This document shows, in pieces, positions 8,950 to 18,272 of a stretch of 64,000 nt of DNA (position 1 is the stretch's first letter; each line of letters begins with the position of its first letter). Source of the DNA: Armatimonadota bacterium (GTDB lineage Bacteria; Armatimonadota; SYMT01); the NCBI GenBank assembly GCA_041690135.1, contig JAWLHY010000008.1:192001-256000 (forward strand). The letters run 5' to 3'. A program made the translations under genes and the position numbers. Under the pieces are notes generated by a model. The model had not been told where the DNA came from and did not search any database. It saw only the letters and a program-made list of their open reading frames with translations.

Positions 8950-9429
8950 ATGACTCCCGCTATCACCGCCGCCCGACGCGCAAAGATCGACTTCACCGTT
9001 CATGAGTACCCGCACGACCCGGCTTCATCCTCGTTCGGAATGGAAGCGGCGGAGAAGTTGGGCGTTGAACCCCTCCGAATCTTCAAGACACTGGTTGTTG
9101 CCCTGGATAATGGCCAACTGGTGGTGGCGGCCCTACCGGTGGTGCATAGCCTGGACTTGAAAGCACTGGCGACCCACCTGCAATCCAAACGAGCGATCCT
9201 GGCGGATCCGGCGGAAGCGGAGCGCGCAACCGGGTACGTGGTCGGGGGAATCAGCCCGCTGGGCCAGAAGAAACGCCTCCCCATGGTGCTTGACCAGAGT
9301 GCCCTGGAGTGGGAACAGATTTACGTGAGTGCCGGCCGCCGCGGCCTGGAAATCTCGCTGATGCCGGAGGATCTGATCCGCCTTTGCGCCGCCACGGTGG
9401 CACCGATCTCCCGTCACTCCGGCACGTGA
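8950..9429 (+). CDS. ybaK: Cys-tRNA(Pro) deacylase YbaK/EbsC
   Basis: MTPAI, IFKTLV, TGYVVGGISPLGQKK, SAGRRGLEI. Confidence 0.95.
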   Translation: MTPAITAARRAKIDFTVHEYPHDPASSSFGMEAAEKLGVEPLRIFKTLVVALDNGQLVVAALPVVHSLDLKALATHLQSKRAILADPAEAERATGYVVGGISPLGQKKRLPMVLDQSALEWEQIYVSAGRRGLEISLMPEDLIRLCAATVAPISRHSGT

Positions 9430-9466
9430 ACTGCAGAGAGACTCGTGATCCGAGCGTGACGCTTCT

Positions 9467-10615
9467 TTACGCGAGCGCCTGCTCCAGATCGGCGAGTAAG
9501 TCCGTGATGGACTCCAACCCCACGTGGAGCCGGATGCCCCAACGCGGCGGCTCTCCACTGCGGATATTGAGATCCACCGGAATCGCCAGGCTCTCGAAGC
9601 CGCCCCAGCTCACGCCGATCCCGAAATACTGGAGTTGATTAACGACGCGGTAGACTGCTTCCCGGTCGGGTTCCAGCAGTTCGAAGCTGAACAGCCCGCT
9701 GTACCCCCGCATCTGGCGCTTTCCCAGCTCCCACTGCGGATGGGAAGGGAGACCGGGATGATGGACCCGCGCGACTCGGGGGTGGGCTTCCAGGAACTGC
9801 GCTGCCTTCAGCCCGGTTTCCTGGTGTCGCTCCATGCGCAGCGGGAGTGTGCGCACCCCCCGGATGAGCAGCCACGCAGCGAACGGGTCCAGAATGCCGC
9901 CCAGGAGCTGCCCTTCCCACTCGCCAAGGGACCGCATGCGCTCGCGACTTCCGAGCACCACTCCGGCCACCAGGTCGCTGTGCCCGCCCAGGTACTTGGT
10001 GGCGGAATGCAGCACCAGGTCGATGCCAAGGGAGAGCGGGTTCTGGAAGTAGGGGGAAGCCCAGGAATTGTCGACCACCGTGGTGATTTGGCGCGCCTGC
10101 GCCAGTGCGGCGATTGCCGCCAGGTCCTGGAGCTGGAAGGTCAGGCTGGAAGGGCTTTCCAGGTAGAAGAGACGAGTTTCCGGACGCGCCGCCGCGGCGA
10201 ACTGGTCGGGATCGGTGCCCGGCACGTAGGAGACGGAGATCCCGAACCGGGGGAGGTACTCGCTCAACAGCTTGCGCGTGGGACCGTAGGCGGTCTCCAC
10301 CGCCACGATGTGGTCCCCGGAGCGCACGGCGTGAAGCACGGCCGCTGATACGGCCGCCATGCCGGAGGCGAAACAACGCGCGCCCTCCGCCCCTTCCAGC
10401 GCCGCCAGCTTCGCCTCCAGCACGTCGGTAGTGGGATTGGCGACTCGGGTATAGTCGTACGTCTCCGGCTGGCGTCCTTGCCGCTCTGCGAACGCCTCCG
10501 CATCGGGGAGGGTGAACAGTGAGTTCTGGAAGAGGGGAGGGGTCGGCGCGCCCAGAAAACGGGCCGGATCGTCTCCCGCATGCGCACACAGGGTCTCGAA
10601 TCCTGGATCCTTCAC
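9467..10615 (-). CDS. PLP-dependent Cys/Met metabolism enzyme (cystathionine beta-lyase/gamma-synthase family)
   Basis: YTRVANPT, FASGMAA, DNSWASP, HSATKYLGGHSD (PLP Lys), GVSWGGFESL. Confidence 0.93.
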   Translation of the reverse strand: MKDPGFETLCAHAGDDPARFLGAPTPPLFQNSLFTLPDAEAFAERQGRQPETYDYTRVANPTTDVLEAKLAALEGAEGARCFASGMAAVSAAVLHAVRSGDHIVAVETAYGPTRKLLSEYLPRFGISVSYVPGTDPDQFAAAARPETRLFYLESPSSLTFQLQDLAAIAALAQARQITTVVDNSWASPYFQNPLSLGIDLVLHSATKYLGGHSDLVAGVVLGSRERMRSLGEWEGQLLGGILDPFAAWLLIRGVRTLPLRMERHQETGLKAAQFLEAHPRVARVHHPGLPSHPQWELGKRQMRGYSGLFSFELLEPDREAVYRVVNQLQYFGIGVSWGGFESLAIPVDLNIRSGEPPRWGIRLHVGLESITDLLADLEQALA

Positions 10616-10623
10616 GGATTCTC

Positions 10624-12015
10624 CTAAACGGATGCGCCGGTAAAGAGGGGTTGGATCAACTCACCGTCGTTCAAGCGCAGTGGACGGTTCTCTCGATCCA
10701 TGAACTCGGCTCCAGGATCGATACCCAGAAGCTGGTAGACGGTCGCCCCCAGATCGTCTGGTGAGTACCCGTGTGTGGTCGGGAACCCGCCCTGCGCGTC
10801 CGAGGCACCGATTACCTGACCACCTCGCACTCCCGCGCCGGAGAAAACGGCGGAGAAGACCTGCGCCCAGTGGTCACGACCTGGGGAGGTGGAACCCGGG
10901 AGGGTGGAAATGCGCGGGGTCCGGCCGAACTCTCCCACGACTACCACCAGTGTCTCATCGGCGAGGCCACGCTCCTTCAAATCATCCAGCAGCGCGCCCA
11001 CTCCCCGGTCCAGCGGTGGGAGCAGGGCATCTTTCAGGCGACTCCAGTTGTCGCCGTGCGTGTCCCAGGTCTGGACAATCCCCATGTTGGCCTGCACGAT
11101 TGGAACGCCCGCTTCGACGAGGCGCCGGGCGAGCAGTAGGGATTGGCCGAACATATGCCGGCCATACCGGTCGCGGGTCTCGTCCGTTTCCTTATCAATG
11201 CGGAAAGCGTCCGCGAAGCCGCCCGAGGTCAACAGGGTGAAGGCGGTTTTCTGCTGCTCGGAGAGGTTCTCCGTTTCGGCAAGGCGCCCAAGGCGGTCCT
11301 GATGCCGGTTCACCCGTTCCAACAACGACCGTCGAGCCTGAAGGCGTTCCACGGCGAACCCGTTCGGGAGCGACAGGTTCTCAACCCGGAACTCCTTCTT
11401 GTTCGGATCGTCGGTGATCTGCCAGGGGTCGTACTTCGGGCCGAGGCACCCCGCGTACTGTCCCGGCCAGAGGAGCGCGCCCTCCTGGAGATAGGTCGGC
11501 AGATGGACTCCCGACGGAATTCCCGCACCACTGGGCCGGAAGTAGTTCAGGGCGGAGGCGTACGAAGGCCAATCGCCGCGGCTCCGAATCTTGTCTACGC
11601 CCAGGTCGCGCGGAATTCCGGGAATGGGGTGCCCCGTGAGCATCCAGTGCGTGGCCGGGAGGTGGCCGTTGTTCGCATGGGTCATCGAACGCACGATAGC
11701 CAGACGGTCCATCCGGCGGGCGAAGCCGGGGAGGTGCTCGCAAATCTGGATTCCCGGAACGGCAGTGGGGATCGGTTTGAACTCCCCGCGAATTTCAGCG
11801 GGCGCGTCGGGTTTGGGATCGAAGGTATCGAGATGGCTGGGACCGCCGGTGAGAAACACCAGGATCATGGCGCGAGCCCGCGGGGGTTTTGCTGGGGCCG
11901 CCGCTTGCGACATGGAGGCGACGCCCAGCCCCAGAAGGCCCGAATACCCCACTTGCAGCAACTCTCTGCGAGTGATGCCAACGGTGTGTCGATGCTGTCG
12001 CGGCGTTGTGTTCAT
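10624..12015 (-). CDS. DUF1501 domain protein (Tat-like signal)
   Basis: TRRELLQ, GGPSHLDTFDPKP, WDTH, GEFGRTP, GRDHW. Confidence 0.93.
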   Translation of the reverse strand: MNTTPRQHRHTVGITRRELLQVGYSGLLGLGVASMSQAAAPAKPPRARAMILVFLTGGPSHLDTFDPKPDAPAEIRGEFKPIPTAVPGIQICEHLPGFARRMDRLAIVRSMTHANNGHLPATHWMLTGHPIPGIPRDLGVDKIRSRGDWPSYASALNYFRPSGAGIPSGVHLPTYLQEGALLWPGQYAGCLGPKYDPWQITDDPNKKEFRVENLSLPNGFAVERLQARRSLLERVNRHQDRLGRLAETENLSEQQKTAFTLLTSGGFADAFRIDKETDETRDRYGRHMFGQSLLLARRLVEAGVPIVQANMGIVQTWDTHGDNWSRLKDALLPPLDRGVGALLDDLKERGLADETLVVVVGEFGRTPRISTLPGSTSPGRDHWAQVFSAVFSGAGVRGGQVIGASDAQGGFPTTHGYSPDDLGATVYQLLGIDPGAEFMDRENRPLRLNDGELIQPLFTGASV

Positions 12016-12273
12016 GCCCGGGGTTTCTCAAGTGCTTTCGGCCTGCGACGCGCTTCCCCAACTGCGGGGAGTTCCGTGACCGGTCACCGGAGAAGTGCGA
12101 CCCCAGGGGGAACCCGGAGTTACAGTGGCTTGCTCGAGTGCCTTATTGGAGATCCGTTGCGAGCCTGGTTTTCCCGTCCGAACACAATCGCGTAGGGTGG
12201 CTCCGGGAGTGGCGAATGGCCAAGTCAGAGCCGGGAGGGTGCCCTCCGGCGGTCCCAACAATACTTGGTCCAG

Positions 12274-12624
12274 TTACGCGGCCTTGCGGGATCGATCCTC
12301 ACTGCCTTCGCCCAGCCCCGTAGTGTGACCGGTCGTCCCACCCGTCCGGCCACCGTCGCTGGTCCCTTCCGTGGTCTCCTTGGCGGTGGTACCCGTGCCG
12401 GTAAGTGCCTGGTCGGAGGGGCGGTCGCGCTTCGCCTGCTCCTGCTGAATCCCTTCTTCACGCCCACCTTCGGGCGATGCCTCCGCGCTTCCCCCAGCTA
12501 CGCCCACGCCTCCGGTACCGCCAGGAACGGCGCTCATGCTGGTTGTGATTCCGACCGAGTTCCGGGCATCCCGTTGGTCTTGCTTGCCCTGTTCGTGGTC
12601 CTGTTCGCGGTTACGGTCCGCCAT
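12274..12624 (-). CDS. Small Gly/Thr/Glu-rich hydrophilic hypothetical protein
   Basis: 116 aa with almost no aromatic residues; AAGGAAAGGA SD-like sequence before ATG. Confidence 0.55.
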   Translation of the reverse strand: MADRNREQDHEQGKQDQRDARNSVGITTSMSAVPGGTGGVGVAGGSAEASPEGGREEGIQQEQAKRDRPSDQALTGTGTTAKETTEGTSDGGRTGGTTGHTTGLGEGSEDRSRKAA

Positions 12625-12843
12625 GGTGCTTCATCCTTTCCTTCGCCTCGGACATGGGGAGGTATTACCGACCCCAGGGTCCCCATCATTCCCTCTTCCC
12701 CATGCATGGCGTGGCGGGAAACAGTTGGGATCGCTGCGTTTCCGGGGGTGTGCCCGGAAAGGAGCGAAGGACGGCGACCGGCGCACGGAGTGTCGTTCGG
12801 GAATAGGCCGACGCTCGCTTCTATTCGCACCAGAAACAGAAGC

Positions 12844-12881
12844 GGGCGGAAGCAACCATGCGCTCACGGTTGCTTCCGCCC
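12844..12881 (-). terminator. Putative intrinsic terminator downstream of pentapeptide gene
   Basis: 14-bp perfect stem GGGCGGAAGCAACC/GGTTGCTTCCGCCC followed on minus strand by GCTTCTGTTTCT. Confidence 0.7.
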
Positions 12882-12908
12882 TGAATGCGTTGAATGTTCC
12901 TGTCCGCT

Positions 12909-13490
12909 TTACGCCTGCCGCTGCGCGCCACCTTGCCGTGGGTCGTAGCCGGACGGCCAGAGCGTCTGACTGTCGTAGATCGCGTGGTTCAAATCCGCGC
13001 GGTTTAAGCGTGCTTCGCGGAGGTCGGCACCCCGCAGATCGGCGCCCCGAAGGTTGACTCCTCTAAGATCGGCCCCCCGGAGATCGGCGCCAGTAAGGTC
13101 GGCCAACCGCAAATCTGCCTGCTGGAGATCCGCGCCCCGCATGGCGGCATAGGGGAGGTCCGCACCCGACAGCGCCGCGCCGGTGAGAGAGGCTCCAGCC
13201 AGCGTTGCGCTTTCCACCACATGCAGCAGGGCGCCGGTTCGGCGGTGGGCGATCTGGACGCGCGGCCCCGTGGGCTCCTCGGTGGTTTCCGGAGCGGCGG
13301 TCTCCGCGGCAACCGCCGCTTTGGTCTTGCGGGCAGTCGTCTTCGGCTTAGACCAGGTCTTGAACCGGCGCGAGGCCTGACACTCTTCACAGACATCCAC
13401 CCAGTTATGGAAGCCATTCCAGGTGGCGGGTGTCACCTGGCAAAGGGTGGCCCCTTCCTTCTCCTCGCCACACATCGCGCACGTCTTCAC
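12909..13490 (-). CDS. Pentapeptide-repeat protein with N-terminal CxxC...CxxC zinc ribbon
   Basis: A(D/N)LxG repeats, YDSQTLWPSGYDP cap, CAMC and CEEC; GGAAGGAG SD before GTG 13490. Confidence 0.85.
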   Translation of the reverse strand: MKTCAMCGEEKEGATLCQVTPATWNGFHNWVDVCEECQASRRFKTWSKPKTTARKTKAAVAAETAAPETTEEPTGPRVQIAHRRTGALLHVVESATLAGASLTGAALSGADLPYAAMRGADLQQADLRLADLTGADLRGADLRGVNLRGADLRGADLREARLNRADLNHAIYDSQTLWPSGYDPRQGGAQRQA

Positions 13491-13750
13491 CGGATCTCTC
13501 CTTCCCACTGTCGATGAGAGCGCAGCCGGCACTCCCCGACCGCGTTCTGGCCCACGTCCTCGCCTGGCCTCGCTTCCAACCCTACTAAGACGCATCGCCC
13601 CAGTAAGGCCTGTAAGGCACTACCGGGGCGAGCAAAGCTTTGCCGATATCTCGAATGCGTTACGAGGCGCAGATCTAGGATTAGCCTAATAAGTCTATCG
13701 ATTTTCCCGCGCGCTGGCACACCGGCATCGCTGAATCCGGAGTGGATGGA

Positions 13751-14743
13751 CTAAAGACGCAGAGTCGCCAGGTAGACGCTCGTCTTTCCCTCGTGCGACG
13801 AGTAGTAACTGACCCAGAGACGCCCTTCGTGCCACACGAGGCCCGGATAGCTGGTGTCTCCGCCACTGGGCAAGGTGAGTGCCGGTTCCAGCCCGTCCGG
13901 GCTCATCCGGGCCACCATCATTTGCGCGCTCTTGCCGTACTTTCGCGTCCCCGCCCAGAGGGTGCCGTTCGGGAGCTCGATGAAGTTGGGACCGCCGAGG
14001 CGATGGTCGGTCTCGTGCCATGTCCACCGGGTGAACGGCGGTTTGGAGACCCCGATCCAGCCGCGCGTGCTCCCGCTTTCGCGCCGCACCAGGGCCACGA
14101 GCTCACCGTTCTTCAAGAACCGCAGTGTCGTCTCGTTGGGCCGGCCGGAGACTTCCATAGGGGAAACGAGATCCCATTTGAGCCCGTCGTCCGACCGGTA
14201 GAGCTTGAGTGACCACTCCGGAGCGCCATTGCCGGGAGCCCCGATATTGTAGGCGGCGCCGTAGGCCTTTCCCTGGTACCAGGTTACGCGCCAGAGCCAA
14301 TCGTGTTCGCCAAGCACCTTTTGCGGCGCGGTCCACTCCCGGCCGTCGGCGGAGAACATCACACGCGGCTGCCGGCCTTTGAGCTGCTTCGTCCCCAGGT
14401 AGACGGATCCACCGGCGACGATCATCAGCCGGTTGTCCGGGGTGACGGAGAACTTGGGGTCGCGGAGGTCGATATCCTTCTCGGCAATCAGCGCCGCCGA
14501 TTCCCAGGACTTTCCATCGGTGGAAGTCAGGACCCGGATTTTACCATCACCACCGACATGGTCGTCGGCTTCCCGGAAGGTGCACCACCAGCGGTCCCGG
14601 AAGCGGATCAGATCGGTGAAAGCATTGTGGGCGCCCGCATCCCAGACCTTGCGGACTTCCAGGACTTGCGGGCGGGGGCTCTCCGCCGCGGGGAGGGCCG
14701 CGGCGGCAAACAGCAGGAGGCTCGAGATCAACAGGGGCTTCAT
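13751..14743 (-). CDS. Secreted sialidase-like (BNR/Asp-box) beta-propeller protein
   Basis: Signal peptide MKPLLISS..., HNAFTDLIRF, Asp-boxes STDGKSW/SADGREW/SDDGLKW, GGDTSYPG. Confidence 0.88.
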   Translation of the reverse strand: MKPLLISSLLLFAAAALPAAESPRPQVLEVRKVWDAGAHNAFTDLIRFRDRWWCTFREADDHVGGDGKIRVLTSTDGKSWESAALIAEKDIDLRDPKFSVTPDNRLMIVAGGSVYLGTKQLKGRQPRVMFSADGREWTAPQKVLGEHDWLWRVTWYQGKAYGAAYNIGAPGNGAPEWSLKLYRSDDGLKWDLVSPMEVSGRPNETTLRFLKNGELVALVRRESGSTRGWIGVSKPPFTRWTWHETDHRLGGPNFIELPNGTLWAGTRKYGKSAQMMVARMSPDGLEPALTLPSGGDTSYPGLVWHEGRLWVSYYSSHEGKTSVYLATLRL

Positions 14744-14795
14744 ATCCCGGATATTCCGCACGCCTCTGTCCCACGCCTCCATGTCTTGACGACGG

Positions 14796-16178
14796 TCAGG
14801 AGATCAGGCCGCGAACCGGCGTCCCCTCCACCACCGGCAAGGGGCGATCCTCCAGGTCGTGGACCTCTGCCTGATGATTCACCCCGAGTTGATGATAGAG
14901 AGTGGCCAGCATATCTTCCGGCGAAATCGGGTTCTCGGTGACCTCGGAAGCAGTCGCGTCGGACGCCCCGTAGACCTGCCCGCGCGGGAAACCGCCGCCG
15001 GCCAGGACCAGGCTGTAACACTGGGCCCAGTGGTCGCGACCGCCCAGCTTGTTGAACTTGGGAGTGCGCCCGAACTCGCCCATCATGACCACGATGGTAT
15101 CGTCCAGCATTCCACGGTCGTGGAGGTCCTGAACGAGGGCGGCAAATGCCGCATCGGTGGGAGGGAGGAGCTCATCTTTCAACCATGGCAGGTGCTGGGG
15201 ATAACCTGGAGCCGCATGGGAATCGTACCCCTGGCCCCCCTTGCCGGTGTCGTGCCGGATGAAATTGACCTGTACCACGCGCGTGCCGGCTTCGACCAGG
15301 CGACGCGCCACGAGCGCGGACTGCCCGAAATGGTGTCGCCCGTACCAGTCGCGAACTTTCGCCGGCTCCTTCGAGAGATCGAACGCACTCTGCGCTCCCG
15401 CCGAACTCACCAGGTCGAGCGCTTTTTCCCGGAAACTACGATATTCCTGAACGCTCGGCAGGTCGCCCGGAAGAGCCCCGTGTTTCTCGGCGGCTTCCAG
15501 CAGGGCGCGCAACCGGGTCGCACGGGTGATCCGGCTACCTTCCGCTACTCCGACCGGTCCGGGATCATAGCCCGGCTCGTTCGGATCGCTATCGATCAGG
15601 TACGGATCGTGAGCGGCGCCGAGGAAGCCGGCGTGTTGACCGGGGCGCGGCGGACCCACCGGCGCAATCCATTCCGGAATCGTGACGAAGGCCGGGACCT
15701 GGTTACTGCCCAGGAAGTGGGAAACGACGCCGCCCATGTGGGGCCGGTCCGTCCGCCGCATTTCCGATTGGCGCACGTTCCGCGGCATTTGAAACCCGGT
15801 CATCACGTAATGGCAGCCCCGGAGGTGATCGTTCTCCTCGTGGCTCATGGAGCGCACGATGGTGCAGTGTTGCATCACCCGAGCCATGCGTGGCATATGC
15901 TCGCACACCTCGATGCCCGGCACGGTGGTCTTGATCGGGCGGAAGGTGCCGCGGATATCCTCGTTGGCCTCAGGCTTCATGTCCCACATGTCGAGCTGGG
16001 ATGGGCCTCCACTAAGGAAGAGGATGATCACCGACTTGGCGCGCGCGCGGCGAGGACTGCCGGCACGTTCCGCCGCCGCGGCAGCCTCGGCATGCAGCAA
16101 CTTCGGCAGGGACAGGCCAAAGGCGGCCGCTCCTACCTGCAGCAACTGACGACGATTGGGTCCGGGACAATTCTTCAT
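14796..16178 (-). CDS. DUF1501 domain protein (Tat-like signal)
   Basis: NRRQLLQ, GGPSQLDMWDMKP, GEFGRTPK, GRDHW. Confidence 0.93.
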   Translation of the reverse strand: MKNCPGPNRRQLLQVGAAAFGLSLPKLLHAEAAAAAERAGSPRRARAKSVIILFLSGGPSQLDMWDMKPEANEDIRGTFRPIKTTVPGIEVCEHMPRMARVMQHCTIVRSMSHEENDHLRGCHYVMTGFQMPRNVRQSEMRRTDRPHMGGVVSHFLGSNQVPAFVTIPEWIAPVGPPRPGQHAGFLGAAHDPYLIDSDPNEPGYDPGPVGVAEGSRITRATRLRALLEAAEKHGALPGDLPSVQEYRSFREKALDLVSSAGAQSAFDLSKEPAKVRDWYGRHHFGQSALVARRLVEAGTRVVQVNFIRHDTGKGGQGYDSHAAPGYPQHLPWLKDELLPPTDAAFAALVQDLHDRGMLDDTIVVMMGEFGRTPKFNKLGGRDHWAQCYSLVLAGGGFPRGQVYGASDATASEVTENPISPEDMLATLYHQLGVNHQAEVHDLEDRPLPVVEGTPVRGLIS

Positions 16179-16334
16179 GGCAGCACCGATCTCCGGGCCA
16201 AACCTACCCTCTGCGTGCGACACCGAATTCGGACGCAAGTTTCAGGTTCCAAGCGCGCTGGATCACTCAGCTCTAACTATCGTAGGTAACGGCTCTCGAC
16301 AAAAGGAGATTTCGCAGGGTTTACGATTAGAGTG

Positions 16335-16345
16335 CTAACCGTTAG
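16335..16345. promoter_or_regulatory. Candidate MarR operator palindrome overlapping a TAGAAT -10-like box
   Basis: CTAAC-C-GTTAG in an AT-rich patch 13 bp upstream of the marR ATG. Confidence 0.35.
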
Positions 16346-16358
16346 AATACGAATCGAT

Positions 16359-16829
16359 ATGGACAAACACCTGATCCCCTCGATGATCTGCACGGCGATG
16401 ATGCGGGTCGGCACCCGGATGGCGACAATGTTCGACCAGCACTTTGCGGAACTCGGAATAACCCAGGCACAGTTTCGAACCCTGCTCGCCGTTGCGGAGG
16501 CCGGAAATGACGGCATTGCGCCCTCCGCGTTGGCGGATCAACTGCTGTTGGAGCGCGCGACCGTTACGGTTCTGACTTCGCGCCTGGTGGACCGGGCCTT
16601 CCTCCAGCGCCTGCCGGGTGACAATCGCCGTACCTTTCGATTGGCACTCACCGAGGCCGGCCGGGAGCAGCTTGAACAGGTCATTCCGCGCGCCGTGCAA
16701 CTGGCGGACGCTACCCTCGCCGAGCACACGGACGATCAACTCGCAACCATCTGGAACAGTCTCCAGGCCATCGAGGCACGTGTCCGGGCCTACTCGGAGC
16801 GGACCCCTGACACGACTCGAAGTAAGTGA
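16359..16829 (+). CDS. MarR-family transcriptional regulator
   Basis: GITQAQFRTL, LADQLLLERATVT, DNRR...LTEAG winged-helix pattern. Confidence 0.92.
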   Translation: MDKHLIPSMICTAMMRVGTRMATMFDQHFAELGITQAQFRTLLAVAEAGNDGIAPSALADQLLLERATVTVLTSRLVDRAFLQRLPGDNRRTFRLALTEAGREQLEQVIPRAVQLADATLAEHTDDQLATIWNSLQAIEARVRAYSERTPDTTRSK

Positions 16830-16877
16830 CGACCGGAATCTGGCGACCCGTGTGCAGGGGTCGCTGGGAGAATCCCA

Positions 16878-18260
16878 ATGAACCCCGTTTTTGAAATCAG
16901 CAACTGGTTGGTGGTGCCGTTCTGGCTCTTGATGATCTTCGCACCCCGCTGTACGGTGACCCATAGGCTGATGACAACCGGTATCCCGGTGCTGCTGCCC
17001 GCTATCCTCTATGCGGTCCTGGTCGTACCACGCATCCCCGGTCTCTGGGGGGAACTGTTCAACCCGGCTCTGCCCAACATCGCGACGCTGCTGGGCACCC
17101 CGGAAGGCGCTGCCATCGCCTGGGCACACTTCCTGGCGTTTGACCTCTTTGTCGGGCGCTGGATCTACCAGGACAGCCGCCTGAGGGACTTTTCGCCGTG
17201 GATAATGGGTCCCGTCCTTCTGCTGACGCTGATGTTCGGCCCGCTGGGCTATCTCGTCTATATGGCAATGGTCCGATGGGCGTCCTGGTTCCGAAACTCC
17301 GACCCGGCGCAAGGGAATCCTTCGGGTGCAATTGACGCCCGGCCGCACAACGCGCTGTGGTCGGCAGTGCAACTGCTGCGGAAAGGAACCCCAGCGCTCT
17401 TCTGGGTGGGAGTGGGTGGCCTGATACTGCTGGCCCCGGCAGTTCTGGGAATGTTGCTTGATACCCGGATGGTCACCGGTGCGCCGGTGTGGCTGAAACC
17501 GGCCAAGTTCCTTGCCTCCAGTTCCATCTATGCACTGACCCTCGCGTGGTTGCTCACCTTTGTGGAAGGGAGAGTGCGCCTGGTACGATGGGTGGGAAAC
17601 GGCACGGCAGTGGCACTCGCCGTGGAACTGGTGATCATCCTCGTACAGGCCGGTCGGGGCACCACGAGCCACTTCAACACCACAACCGCGCTGGATGCGG
17701 TTCTGTGGTCGGTGATGGGAGCCTTCATCCTCACCCTCTGGCTGCTTGGATTCGCTGCCGCCATCGGATTGAGCCGGCAGCCTTCGACCGACCCGGTCTT
17801 CGCGACATCGCTGCGGCTGGGGATGGCGGTGACGCTCCTGGGAATGGGAGAGGGAATGCTGATGGCGGTACCCGGCGCCCACAGTGTGGGGATTGCGGAC
17901 GGTGGCCCCGGTTTACCAATCGTGAACTGGAGCACCGTGGGTGGAGACCTCCGCGTGCCGCACTTCGTTGGGCTGCACGCGCTCCAGGTGCTCCCCGCCG
18001 TCGGTTTCTTGCTGTCCAGTCGCCGGCAAAAGCTGTTTGCCCGCGAGCAGTGCCTCGCTCTGGTGCGAATCGCTGCGGGGAGCTACACGGCTCTCTTACT
18101 GTTGCTGACGTGGCAGGCGCTGAGAGGTCAGTCGGTGATCCATCCCGATCTTTTGACGGTAACCGCTTTCGGTTGCCTGGTTCTGGCCACCAGCTTGTTC
18201 GTCTGGATGGTGGTGCATGCGGCAAAGAGGCCAGTTGGCCTTCAGCGCCTCTCCCCGTAG
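16878..18260 (+). CDS. ABA4-like (DUF4281) domain fused to a His-containing multi-TM domain
   Basis: N-term PFWLLMIFAP, WAHFLAFDLFVGRWI, LTLMFGPLG (ABA4-like); C-term WLKPAKF, QAGRGTTSHFN, GDLRVPHFVGLHALQ. Confidence 0.85.
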   Translation: MNPVFEISNWLVVPFWLLMIFAPRCTVTHRLMTTGIPVLLPAILYAVLVVPRIPGLWGELFNPALPNIATLLGTPEGAAIAWAHFLAFDLFVGRWIYQDSRLRDFSPWIMGPVLLLTLMFGPLGYLVYMAMVRWASWFRNSDPAQGNPSGAIDARPHNALWSAVQLLRKGTPALFWVGVGGLILLAPAVLGMLLDTRMVTGAPVWLKPAKFLASSSIYALTLAWLLTFVEGRVRLVRWVGNGTAVALAVELVIILVQAGRGTTSHFNTTTALDAVLWSVMGAFILTLWLLGFAAAIGLSRQPSTDPVFATSLRLGMAVTLLGMGEGMLMAVPGAHSVGIADGGPGLPIVNWSTVGGDLRVPHFVGLHALQVLPAVGFLLSSRRQKLFAREQCLALVRIAAGSYTALLLLLTWQALRGQSVIHPDLLTVTAFGCLVLATSLFVWMVVHAAKRPVGLQRLSP

Positions 18261-18272
18261 CCGATCTTTTGG

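Noticed and set aside
12100-12220. Cobalamin riboswitch upstream of DUF1501
   Set aside because: GCCACTGTAA occurs on the minus strand, but the GGGAA..CGGTG core and B12 box are absent
14859-16289. 476-aa + strand ORF (and similar long shadow ORFs such as 16335-17882, 45944-47344, 51989-53413, 54524-56269)
   Set aside because: Antisense or alternate-frame shadows of well-supported genes, expected in high-GC DNA, with no motifs
16330-16338. CIRCE (HrcA) element
   Set aside because: Only the GAGTGCTAA half-site is present; there is no TTAGCACTC 9 bp upstream and the flanking genes are not chaperones
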